This document shows positions 55,122 to 63,589 of a stretch of 64,000 bases of DNA, piece by piece. Every line of letters begins with the position of its first letter. Position 1 is the first letter of the stretch. The notes under the pieces are model-generated. The model was not told where the DNA came from and made no database searches. It worked only from the letters and a program-made list of their open reading frames with translations. The stretch comes from Bacilli bacterium (GTDB lineage: Bacteria > Bacillota_I > Bacilli_A > RFN20 > CAG-826), in contig JAEDDA010000002.1 in NCBI GenBank assembly GCA_016298185.1, positions 6,674 through 70,673 on the forward strand, read 5' to 3'. Position numbers and translations under genes: made by a program.

Positions 55122-56384
55122 TTAGATTCTATCTAATTCTTTTTTAATTCCTTCTTTATCGAGGTTTTGGCCAATGAAAACTAATTTTATTAGTTTGTCA
55201 CCGTATTCTTCATCCCAGTCATGACGGAAGTTCTCATCATTTTCTAATAAGAACTGAATTTGTTTCTTGGATAATTTACCAGAATACCATTCACCAGTTC
55301 TTTCGAGTTTTCTTTGTCTTCCTGCGGATTCATATACGCATGCGTATTTTTCTTCTTTTAAGAAATATAAGATGCCTTTAGCACGGATGATATTTCTGCC
55401 GTTATTTTCCACCCATTGAATGAACTTTTCTTTATCAAATGGTCTTCTACGGTAATAAACGAATGTGTTGATGTCATATTCATCAGCGGTTCCTTCATCA
55501 TCGTTTTCATCGACGCCATTTTCGTGGTGGTGATGGTGATGATGGTGATGGTGTTCATGTTCGTGTTCATGTTCGTGATGATGGTGATGGTGTTCTTCTT
55601 CCTCGTCATCATCGTGATCATGATGTTCTTTATCTGCGTCAACTTCATTACTCCAGTCTTCGAACTCTCTAATCCAAGCTGCAGAAGTGGACGCGGTTTC
55701 GAAGTTAAATAAGTGTGTATCGATTAATTCATCAATATCGACATCACAGTAATCACATTCAATGATTTTTGCGCTTGGTTGTAAAGCTTTAACTGCGATT
55801 TTCACTTTTCTTAATTCTTCTTTAGAGATATTGCCGACCTTATTTAATAAAACAACATCACAGAATTCGATTTGTTGAATAACCAGATTCTCTAAATCTT
55901 CTTCTCCTCTCACTGTGTCTTTGAAGACATCGCCACAGGAGAATTCATCAACAAGACGCAAAGCGTCTGTGACAGAGATAATCGCATCAAGTGTGTAAAA
56001 CTTAGGAAGATTTTGTTTTTTGAATTCTTCTTCCATATAGCAAATTGTTTGAGCGATTGGGACTGGTTCACAAATACCAGAAGCTTCAATTAAGATGTGA
56101 TCAAATTTTTGAGAAGAGACCAAATCTGCGAGTTGTTGAATTAAGTCTTTTTTAAGTGTGCAGCAGATACATCCGTTTTGAAGTGGGACTAAACTGTCAT
56201 CCTTAGAATTAACAACACCGCCTTGAGCGATGAGTTCGGCATCGATATTGACTTCACCGATATCATTGACGATGACCGCCATACGATGTCCTTTAGCGTT
56301 TTTTAAGATATGGTTAAGTAAAGTGGTTTTGCCACTTCCGAGATAACCAGTAATTAATGTAATTGGTACTGTTTTTGGTTGCAT
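55122..56384 (-). CDS. COG0523 (CobW/ZigA/YciC-type) metallochaperone GTPase with extended His-rich insert
   Basis: 420 aa; P-loop GYLGSGKTT, metal-binding GCICCTL, His/Asp/Glu tract HHDHDDDEEEEHHHHHHEHEHEHEHHHHHHHHHH, CobW_C-like tail. Confidence 0.88.
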   Translation of the reverse strand: MQPKTVPITLITGYLGSGKTTLLNHILKNAKGHRMAVIVNDIGEVNIDAELIAQGGVVNSKDDSLVPLQNGCICCTLKKDLIQQLADLVSSQKFDHILIEASGICEPVPIAQTICYMEEEFKKQNLPKFYTLDAIISVTDALRLVDEFSCGDVFKDTVRGEEDLENLVIQQIEFCDVVLLNKVGNISKEELRKVKIAVKALQPSAKIIECDYCDVDIDELIDTHLFNFETASTSAAWIREFEDWSNEVDADKEHHDHDDDEEEEHHHHHHEHEHEHEHHHHHHHHHHENGVDENDDEGTADEYDINTFVYYRRRPFDKEKFIQWVENNGRNIIRAKGILYFLKEEKYACVYESAGRQRKLERTGEWYSGKLSKKQIQFLLENDENFRHDWDEEYGDKLIKLVFIGQNLDKEGIKKELDRI

Positions 56385-56406
56385 AAAATTTTTCTCCGTG
56401 TTCTAT

Positions 56407-56433
56407 TCTATCACTTTTGTATAAATTGATAGA
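56407..56433. promoter_or_regulatory. palindromic operator candidate TCTATCA-N13-TGATAGA overlapping the COG0523 promoter
   Basis: On the minus strand the arms coincide with an extended -10 (TGATAGAAT, 56413-56405) and the -35 position (TCTATC, 56433-56428). Confidence 0.4.
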
Positions 56434-56503
56434 AAAAATGCTCTTTTTTTGCTTAAATATAACGAATATTTAAAAAGTAATTACTTTGTAATTATAAAAA
56501 TAA

Positions 56504-56530
56504 TTAGCACTCTTACTTGCCGAGTGCTAA
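56504..56530 (+). promoter_or_regulatory. CIRCE (HrcA operator)
   Basis: TTAGCACTC-ttacttgcc-GAGTGCTAA, perfect match to the TTAGCACTC-N9-GAGTGCTAA consensus. Confidence 0.85.
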
Positions 56531-56544
56531 ATTTGTGCTACAAT
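56517..56544 (+). promoter_or_regulatory. candidate clpB promoter overlapping CIRCE
   Basis: TTGCCG (56517-56522), 16-nt spacer, extended -10 TGcTACAAT (56536-56544). Confidence 0.5.
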
Positions 56545-56571
56545 AGAGTTGTAAAAAGGAGGACAACAACT

Positions 56572-58686
56572 ATGAAAATGGAACAAATGCCCGACTATGA
56601 AAATGATAAAGATGTCCTTCAAAAGTTTGGACGCAATATCAATGAAGAAGTCAAAAAAGGAAAAATAGATCCTGTCATTGGGCGTGACGAGGAAATTAGA
56701 AAGATTATTGAAATCTTAGCCAGAAAAACTAAGAACAACGTCATTCTTTTAGGTGAACCTGGTGTTGGTAAGACCGCAATCTTAGAAGGTCTTGCGGAAC
56801 GTATTGTCAAAGATGATGCGCCTACAATTTTAAAAGATAAAACCATTTATGAATTAGATATGGGTGCATTAGTTGCTGGCGCCAAATACCGTGGTGAATT
56901 TGAAGAAAGACTAAAAGCAGTCCTTAATAAAATTAAGGAAAGTGAAGGTAAAATCATTCTCTTTATCGATGAGATTCACTTAATTGTTGGCGCGGGTAGA
57001 ACTGATGGCGCACTCGATGCTTCTAACATGCTTAAACCTATGTTAGCGAGAGGCGAAATCGATTGTATCGGTGCCACGACCTTAAAAGAATATCGCGAAT
57101 ATATTGAGAAAGACCGCGCACTTGAAAGAAGATTCCAACCTGTTTTAATTAACGAACCAAGCGTGGAAGATACAATTACCATTCTTAGAGGTTTAAAAAA
57201 TAGATTTGAATCATTCCATGGCGTGAAGATTACTGACAACGCATTAATCGCTGCTTCCACATTATCTAATAGATATCTCACTTCTAGATTCTTACCAGAT
57301 AAGGCTATTGACTTAGTGGACGAAGCCTGTGCTTCCATCAAAGTGGAACTCGCTTCTATGCCTGGTGAACTCGATGAACTTGAGAGAAAGATTAGACAAC
57401 TTGAAATCGAAAAAGCCGCGCTTAAAAAGGAAAGCGATGAAGCCAGTAAAAAGAGACTTGCAGATCTTGAAGGTGAACTCAGTTCTCTTTTAGAGAAAGA
57501 AAAAGAACTTAAAGAAGAATGGTCTAAAGAAAAAGACCAAATCTTAAAAGTCAAAGCGGTAAAAGAAAAACTCGAAAAAGCGAGATTTGACTTAGATGTT
57601 GCTTTAAGCCATTCCGAATATGAAAAAGCGGGTGAACTTCAGTATAAAACCATCCCTGAACTAGAGAAGAAACTCAAAGACTCTGATTCTAAAGTCGGAG
57701 ATAAGAAATTATTATCCGAAGTGGTGGATGAAGAACAAATCGCCAAGATTATTTCTCGTATGACTAATATTCCTCTTAGCAAGATTGAAAAAGGTGATCG
57801 AGAAAAAGTCTTAGATTTGAAGAAGACTTTATCAAGAAGAGTTATCGGACAAGATGAAGCCTTAACTTTAGTTAGTGACGCAATTCTCCGTCAAAGAGCA
57901 GGTATTAAAGATAGCAATAGACCAATTGGTTCATTCTTATTCTTAGGACCAACTGGTGTTGGTAAAACCGAAGTCGCCAGAGCGCTCGCAGAATCATTAT
58001 TTGATTCAGAAAGCCATATCATCCGCATCGATATGTCGGAATATATGGAAAAATATAGCACCTCAAGATTAATCGGTGCCCCTCCAGGATATGTCGGATA
58101 TGAAGAAGGTGGACAGCTTACTGAGAAGGTAAGAAGAAATCCTTATTCTATCGTTTTATTCGATGAAATCGAAAAAGCCCATCCAGAAGTATTTAACTTA
58201 TTATTACAAATGCTTGACGATGGAAGACTTACCGATAGTCAAGGAAGAGTCGTGGACTTCAAGAACACAATTATCATTATGACTAGTAACTTAGGCAGTG
58301 AATATTTGCTTAATAACGAAAGAGATAAAGTCGAAGCGTTATTACATCAAACATTTAAACCAGAGTTCTTAAATCGTATTGATGAAATCGTCTACTTCTC
58401 ACCATTAAGCAAAGAAACACAATCAAAGATTGTTGATAAAATGTTATCTAATCTCAACAATAGATTAAAAGAATCATATTATTCATTTGAATTCTCTGAT
58501 GCTTTGAAATCTTGGATCTTAGAAAGCGCTTATTCACCAATCTATGGTGCCAGACCAATTAAGAGATTTATTCAAAATAAAGTGGAAACTATTATTGCTA
58601 GTAAGATTATCTCTCAAGAAGTTGATACAGAGCATAAGTACTTAGTGGACTATAACGGCAAAGAAGTTATCGTCAAACAAGAATAA
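56572..58686 (+). CDS. clpB: ClpB disaggregase lacking the N-terminal domain
   Basis: AAGGAGG SD 9 nt before ATG 56572. The ORF-track start 56449 would read through CIRCE and the promoter. Walker [10 protein letters not shown] and GPTGVGKTE, coiled-coil M-domain; 704 aa. Confidence 0.9.
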   Translation: MKMEQMPDYENDKDVLQKFGRNINEEVKKGKIDPVIGRDEEIRKIIEILARKTKNNVILLGEPGVGKTAILEGLAERIVKDDAPTILKDKTIYELDMGALVAGAKYRGEFEERLKAVLNKIKESEGKIILFIDEIHLIVGAGRTDGALDASNMLKPMLARGEIDCIGATTLKEYREYIEKDRALERRFQPVLINEPSVEDTITILRGLKNRFESFHGVKITDNALIAASTLSNRYLTSRFLPDKAIDLVDEACASIKVELASMPGELDELERKIRQLEIEKAALKKESDEASKKRLADLEGELSSLLEKEKELKEEWSKEKDQILKVKAVKEKLEKARFDLDVALSHSEYEKAGELQYKTIPELEKKLKDSDSKVGDKKLLSEVVDEEQIAKIISRMTNIPLSKIEKGDREKVLDLKKTLSRRVIGQDEALTLVSDAILRQRAGIKDSNRPIGSFLFLGPTGVGKTEVARALAESLFDSESHIIRIDMSEYMEKYSTSRLIGAPPGYVGYEEGGQLTEKVRRNPYSIVLFDEIEKAHPEVFNLLLQMLDDGRLTDSQGRVVDFKNTIIIMTSNLGSEYLLNNERDKVEALLHQTFKPEFLNRIDEIVYFSPLSKETQSKIVDKMLSNLNNRLKESYYSFEFSDALKSWILESAYSPIYGARPIKRFIQNKVETIIASKIISQEVDTEHKYLVDYNGKEVIVKQE

Positions 58687-58691
58687 TTATG

Positions 58692-58716
58692 AAAGCCACC
58701 TTCGGGTGGTTTTTTA
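58692..58716 (+). terminator. rho-independent terminator after clpB
   Basis: AAAGCCACC-ttcg-GGTGGTTT then T-run. Confidence 0.8.
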
Positions 58717-58971
58717 TAATATGAAGAAGAAATATTTTTGGACGCTGATAAATTAGTAGCCTTAAAAGCTGGTGCCAAAAGAATGGAATATATCTCTTTA
58801 GCGGATAAAAATGTTTTTCTCTGTTTCTAGCTAAGAAATCCAAGAATTGTTAGATAGATCAATTCAATGTGGTCTTGCGGAACCATATGCCATAAATGAA
58901 GTCCATTTTAAAATAAGGCGATAATAATTTTATTGATAAATAAATAACTTTTATCTAATATTATTTTCGTT

Positions 58972-60159
58972 ATGGAAAACGAAGAACTAAAAACAGTGGA
59001 AAACACTGAACAAAATAAAGAAGAAAAGAAAGACAATAAATTTGTCTCTTTCTTGAAAAATGCAAAAGCAATATTGATGAAGACCACAAATGGTATGTCC
59101 ATCGGTCTTTTTGGTACTTTAATCATTGGTACCGTTATTGCTTTATTCGCGAAAATTCCTGGACTTGGTCATATCGCTGACTGGGCCAAAATCATCCAAG
59201 GTTTAATGGGTGCCGGTATCGGCTTAGGTGTCGGTCTCGCTCTTAAAAGAGATGGTATAACCATCGTTACCTTAATGGCTGCTGGATTTGTTGGCAATTA
59301 CGCTTGGGAATGGTTAGCCTTTAAAGAAATCATTTCTAATGGTGTTTCATTAGGTATGGGTGGTGAAGTTGGCGTACAATTCACTGTTAACTCCATTGGT
59401 GATCCATTATCTTGTTATATTTCCGTTATGTTAGCCGCAATCGCGCTTAAATACATAATGATCAAGAAAACCCCAGTGGATTTAATCTTAATCCCACTTG
59501 TGGGATTGTTCATGGCCATTTCCTATTCCTTCGTCTTAGCGGAATGGGTCCATTATGTAACTATCGCTATTCAATTTGTCATTAAAGCAAGTTTCAGCAT
59601 CCATCCATCATTATCTATATTCATGTGCATTATCGTCTCTACCCTTATGGGTTTGGCGCTTACCGCACCTATTTCTTCTGTGGCTATCTGTGTCGCTATT
59701 AATATTGGTAGTGTTCCAATGGCGGCCGCGGCAGCATTAATAGGATGCTGCACACAAATGGTGGGCTTTGCGGTTCATACTGCAAGAGACAATAAATGGG
59801 GTAGTGTTGTGGCCGTTGGTATTGGCACATCGATGCTTCAATTTAAGAACATTCTAAAGAAACCATTAATCTGGGTTCCAACCATTGTGACTTCCGCAGT
59901 TCTTGGTCCAATAGCTATGCTATTCCCATATGATAAATTAGCGAGTAGCACTGGCTTATCCGTTGGTGCAGGTATGGGTACATGTGGTTTAGTCGGACCA
60001 CTTAACTTCTTTGATGCTTTTAACTATAACTGGTTAGTAGTGGTTATCGTCTTAGGAATCATAGTTGTTTCTGGCTTACTAGTGTTCCTCATCGACTTAT
60101 TATTTAGAAAACTCGGATGGTTTAAAAAAGGCGATTTTTCCTTATCCAACAATCTATAA
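58972..60159 (+). CDS. polytopic membrane protein, PTS EIIC-like (PF13303-type) permease, acidic/basic N-terminal tail
   Basis: 395 aa, about 10 Gly-rich TM segments (GAGIGLGVGLAL, VGAGMGTCGLVGP). Family assignment from memory of EIIC_2-type proteins, not verified. Confidence 0.6.
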   Translation: MENEELKTVENTEQNKEEKKDNKFVSFLKNAKAILMKTTNGMSIGLFGTLIIGTVIALFAKIPGLGHIADWAKIIQGLMGAGIGLGVGLALKRDGITIVTLMAAGFVGNYAWEWLAFKEIISNGVSLGMGGEVGVQFTVNSIGDPLSCYISVMLAAIALKYIMIKKTPVDLILIPLVGLFMAISYSFVLAEWVHYVTIAIQFVIKASFSIHPSLSIFMCIIVSTLMGLALTAPISSVAICVAINIGSVPMAAAAALIGCCTQMVGFAVHTARDNKWGSVVAVGIGTSMLQFKNILKKPLIWVPTIVTSAVLGPIAMLFPYDKLASSTGLSVGAGMGTCGLVGPLNFFDAFNYNWLVVVIVLGIIVVSGLLVFLIDLLFRKLGWFKKGDFSLSNNL

Positions 60160-60209
60160 ATTTATTTATTTGCGATTAAATTACTATTCGTTTATTATTT
60201 AGCTAGAGA

Positions 60210-60355
60210 GATACATCCTCTCACTATTAACCGAGGTCTAGCTAACGAGGGTCAATAGTAACGCGGCGATTATCACTAGGATGATCGTCTTTTTCATTAA
60301 GCGCATTACCTCATCACCTCCATATGAGTATGAAGAGCGATGAGAGGAATGTATC
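60210..60355. repeat. 14/15-bp inverted repeat bracketing a small ORF
   Basis: GATACATCCTCTCA (60210-60223) versus reverse complement of TGAGAGGAATGTATC (60341-60355) = GATACATTCCTCTCA. Confidence 0.6.
60238..60306 (-). CDS. 22-codon hydrophobic peptide ORF (type I toxin-like candidate)
   Basis: Minus strand GGAGGTGATGAGG SD then ATG 60306: MRLMKKTIILVIIAALLLTLVS, stop TAG 60240-60238; too short for the ORF track. Confidence 0.35.
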   Translation of the reverse strand: MRLMKKTIILVIIAALLLTLVS

Positions 60356-60427
60356 CCACCGATTTCTCGGCATTACTAATTTCTTTTTTATTCACTTAAA
60401 TGAATAAGTGTATTAAGATTATTTTAT

Positions 60428-61219
60428 ATGCGAAAGAAACTTGTCATATTTGACATGGACGGCACGATTTATCTAGGTAAAAACCTTTTTGATGGTGCTT
60501 TAGAATGTTTTAAATATCTTAAAGATCATAATATTGATTATGTCTTCTTTACCAATAACTCATCCCATGATTTAGAGTTCTATCATCGAAAGATGACTAA
60601 TTTTGGTATTGAATGCGATTTAAAGAAGAATTTCTATTCCTCAACAGAAGTAACTATTGATCACTTATTAAATCTTGGTGTTAAAGATATTTATGCTATC
60701 GGCAATAAATGCCTTAAAGACAAATTAGCGAAACATTTTAATTTAATTAATGAATTTATACCTAATAAGAAAATAGACGCCTTAATCGCGGGATTTTCCA
60801 CTGAACTCACCTATAAGGAATTACAAGATGGCTGTTTGTATTTACAAACTAACAACTGCTTATTCATCGCCACAAATGGTGATTGGCGTTGTCCAATTGA
60901 AGATGGCTTATATATTCCTGATTGTGGTGGTATGTGCGAATGGATTTATCGCTGCACTGGTAAAACCGCGACAGTTATGGGTAAACCAAATGAAGAAATC
61001 ATTTACTATCTCGCCAAGCAATTTAACGTTTCACTCGATGAAGTGTTGGTTGTTGGCGATAGATTATATACAGATATCCAAGTTGCGATTAACGCAAAAG
61101 TGGATTCTTTAGCGGTTCTTTCAGGTGAATCTTCTTTAGAAGATATTAATAATTATCCTGAAAAACCAACTTACATATTAGATTCAATCAAACAACTTCC
61201 AGAATTATTAAAAAAATAG
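60428..61219 (+). CDS. HAD-IIA family phosphatase (NagD-like)
   Basis: 263 aa; motif I FDMDGTIY, FFTNNSS, motif IV VGDRLYTD. No SD; TTCACT-17-TAAGAT (60391-60419) ends 8 nt before the ATG, so possibly leaderless. Confidence 0.85.
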   Translation: MRKKLVIFDMDGTIYLGKNLFDGALECFKYLKDHNIDYVFFTNNSSHDLEFYHRKMTNFGIECDLKKNFYSSTEVTIDHLLNLGVKDIYAIGNKCLKDKLAKHFNLINEFIPNKKIDALIAGFSTELTYKELQDGCLYLQTNNCLFIATNGDWRCPIEDGLYIPDCGGMCEWIYRCTGKTATVMGKPNEEIIYYLAKQFNVSLDEVLVVGDRLYTDIQVAINAKVDSLAVLSGESSLEDINNYPEKPTYILDSIKQLPELLKK

Positions 61220-61231
61220 GAGGAAAATAAT

Positions 61232-62731
61232 ATGGAAAGTAGCGCAAGCGCAAAACCATTGAAGCTCAACTATAAGCGCACAATGCTTATCGGCTTTGCT
61301 TTCTTTGGTATTTTGCTATTATGGCAGGTTTATGACTCCTGGTGCCCTACATTATTATCCGAATTATTTGCTCGTGCATTTAATTCCAATTATGTCGCAC
61401 TTCGTCAAGTCAATACCCTAGAAGCCATCGCGGAGTGTAACAAGATTATTAAGGATCAACAATACCTCGTTGGTGTTGTTATGGCTCTTGATAACTTAGC
61501 CGCATTAATTTTATTGCCAATATTTGGTAGATTGTCTGATAAGACAAGAACACCAATTGGTAAGAGAATGCCTTATATTTTAGTCGGTACATTTGTGTGT
61601 GCGGTCGCATTCCCATTCATTCCAGTTATTTATCACACAACAAATAATGTTGTTGGTGTTGTTGTTATGATGGCGGTTGTCGTCTTATTCGCAATGATGT
61701 ATCGTAACCCAGCAGTTGCTTTAATGCCTGATGTCACACCAAAACCTTTACGTAGTAAAGCGAATGGTATCATCAATATCATGGGTTATATTGGTGGTGC
61801 TTGCGCCACATTAGTAGGTTTAGCATTCGTCCTCTCCGATTACTTAGGAACAAAAATTGATAAAGACACTAAATTATATGCTGCACATACATGGGCACAT
61901 AACAATATTTGGGCAATTGAATTACCATTCTTAATCGCTTCTGTTTTAATGCTTGTTTCTGCGATCGTTTTATTCTTTACAGTCAGAGAAAACGAATTAG
62001 CGGAACAACTTAAAGATGAAATGGCTAGGGGTGAACAAGAAGCTGAAGTCGCTGATAAAGTGATTGAAGATGCTCCAGTTAGCAAAGCTAACAGAAACAT
62101 GCTCATCTTAATCTTGGCCGCTGAATTCTTCTGGTTCATGGCGGATAACGGTATTGGCACATTTATGGGCAACTACGCCGTTTATTTCTTAGGAGCTAGC
62201 AGTAGTTCCAATATGATCAATACCATCGTTGGTGGTGTTGGTAGTGTTGCTGGTTTCGCTGTTGGTGGTATCATTGCAAGCAAAATTGGCCGTAAATGGA
62301 CACTCTTTAGTGGTCTTGGTTTGTCCGCAGCCGCTTATGCGCTATGGTTCATTCTCACATTTGCTTTATATGGAAAAATTGCTGGAAGTGGTACATTCCC
62401 ATTCTGGATCTATATTGTTTGGTTATTAAAAGGCTTCGGTATGTCTTTAGTTCACGTCAACTCTTATCCAATGGTTGTCGAATTATGCCCAAACAGCAGA
62501 ATTGGCCGTTACACAGGTTACTACTATGCTTCTAGCATGGCTGCACAAACAATTACACCAATCGCTTTAGGTTTATTACTTAAAGTGGAAGGTTTATCTT
62601 GGGAATACTTGCCAGCATATGGCATTATTTGCTTAATCGTTTCCGGAATCATCTTCTTCTTTGTAAAGAATGTTAAATCCAATAAAACAACATTTAAAAA
62701 AGGTTTAGAGGCCTTGGACGCTGATGAATAA
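61232..62731 (+). CDS. MFS-type transporter (12 TM with large central loop)
   Basis: 499 aa; GGAGGA SD; GRLSDKTRTPIGKRMP loop 2-3 motif typical of MFS/GPH-like carriers. Confidence 0.85.
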   Translation: MESSASAKPLKLNYKRTMLIGFAFFGILLLWQVYDSWCPTLLSELFARAFNSNYVALRQVNTLEAIAECNKIIKDQQYLVGVVMALDNLAALILLPIFGRLSDKTRTPIGKRMPYILVGTFVCAVAFPFIPVIYHTTNNVVGVVVMMAVVVLFAMMYRNPAVALMPDVTPKPLRSKANGIINIMGYIGGACATLVGLAFVLSDYLGTKIDKDTKLYAAHTWAHNNIWAIELPFLIASVLMLVSAIVLFFTVRENELAEQLKDEMARGEQEAEVADKVIEDAPVSKANRNMLILILAAEFFWFMADNGIGTFMGNYAVYFLGASSSSNMINTIVGGVGSVAGFAVGGIIASKIGRKWTLFSGLGLSAAAYALWFILTFALYGKIAGSGTFPFWIYIVWLLKGFGMSLVHVNSYPMVVELCPNSRIGRYTGYYYASSMAAQTITPIALGLLLKVEGLSWEYLPAYGIICLIVSGIIFFFVKNVKSNKTTFKKGLEALDADE

Positions 62732-63461
62732 GAAGAAAGTCCTCTCTAAACTTAATCCTTTATTCCTTAAAGGAATTGCCCATCGTGGTTTCCACAATGA
62801 CAAATATACCGAAAATGGTATGAATGCCTTTGGCAACGCCATTAGACACAATCTTCCAATCGAGTTAGATATCCATTTAACAAAAGACAACCAATTAGTG
62901 GTTTGTCACGATGAAGATTTAAAAAGAACCACCGGTAAAAGCGGTATCATCGAAGACTTAACGGTCGAAGAAATTAAAAGAAATTACCATCTCCTTGATG
63001 GTGGAGAAGTTCCAACATTTCTTGAGGTTCTTGATTTTGTCAATGAACAAGTCCCAATGGTCGTGGAATTAAAGGTATTTCGCAAAAACTATAAGCCACT
63101 TGCGAAAAAAGTCATCGAAGTGATGAATGAGAAAGTAAAAGATAAAAAGAACTTCATGTTAATCTCATTTGATCCTCGTAGCTTGTGGCCACTTAAGAAA
63201 CTAGGAATCATTCGTTCCTTACTCGCAACTAGAAGTCATGAATATGTTTATAACTATTTCAGACATTCCGTTGAAAGCGTGGATCTCGACCAGCAACTAT
63301 TCGATGAAAAGAGAATCCAAAAATATCATAAAAAATATTTGGTCAATGCTTGGACTATTGAATCCGAAGAACAATTAAAAGCCATTCTTCCTTATGTCGA
63401 TACAGTCACATTCCAACATATGGATGAAAATGTTGTTCGTGAATTATTAAGCAAAAGATAA
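62724..63461 (+). CDS. glpQ: glycerophosphodiester phosphodiesterase
   Basis: 245 aa; IAHRGFH, ENGMNAF, ELDIHLTKDNQLVVCHD motifs; 8-nt overlap with the MFS gene. Confidence 0.88.
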   Translation: MNKKKVLSKLNPLFLKGIAHRGFHNDKYTENGMNAFGNAIRHNLPIELDIHLTKDNQLVVCHDEDLKRTTGKSGIIEDLTVEEIKRNYHLLDGGEVPTFLEVLDFVNEQVPMVVELKVFRKNYKPLAKKVIEVMNEKVKDKKNFMLISFDPRSLWPLKKLGIIRSLLATRSHEYVYNYFRHSVESVDLDQQLFDEKRIQKYHKKYLVNAWTIESEEQLKAILPYVDTVTFQHMDENVVRELLSKR

Positions 63462-63477
63462 TCTTTATTAATAATAG

Positions 63478-63504
63478 ACCGGTTATCAAATAACCGGTTT
63501 TTTA
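63478..63504 (+). terminator. rho-independent terminator after glpQ
   Basis: ACCGGTTAT-caa-ATAACCGGT perfect 9-bp stem then TTTTTT. Confidence 0.8.
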
Positions 63505-63589
63505 TTATTCAATATTAAATGTGCCAATCGGCACATATATTTTAAGCCCGCAAAAAGATAAATTTATTGTAAATAAAGGAAGAAAATAT

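Noticed and set aside
55358-55712. Two ~97-aa ORFs (both strands) across the His-tract region
   Set aside because: They are alternative-frame readings of the repetitive CAC/CAT/GAA tract of the COG0523 gene. Their products are low-complexity (MVMV.. and TNMNT.. repeats).
56449-56571. 41-codon N-terminal extension of clpB from TTG 56449
   Set aside because: The extension would be translated across the CIRCE operator and the predicted promoter. A strong AAGGAGG SD serves ATG 56572. The same logic shortened the track ORFs at 8212, 28228, 32338, 36746, 52282, 52896 and 54136.
56976-57554. 192-aa antisense ORF inside clpB (similar antisense or off-frame ORFs lie in pheT, ileS, glgP and the pullulanases)
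   Set aside because: It is the shadow frame of the Glu/Lys/Leu-rich coiled-coil region and gives a Ser/Phe/Leu-rich low-complexity product. All such ORFs in the track overlap strongly supported genes.
58717-58971. Broken frames (..LDADKLVALKAGAKRMEYISLADKNVFLCF*, ..IQELLDRSIQCGLAEPYAINEVHFKI..) between clpB and the EIIC-like gene
   Set aside because: They look like frameshifted debris of a former gene. I cannot assign a family from about 60 residues, and there is no start or SD, so the region is not reported as a feature. blastx could identify it.
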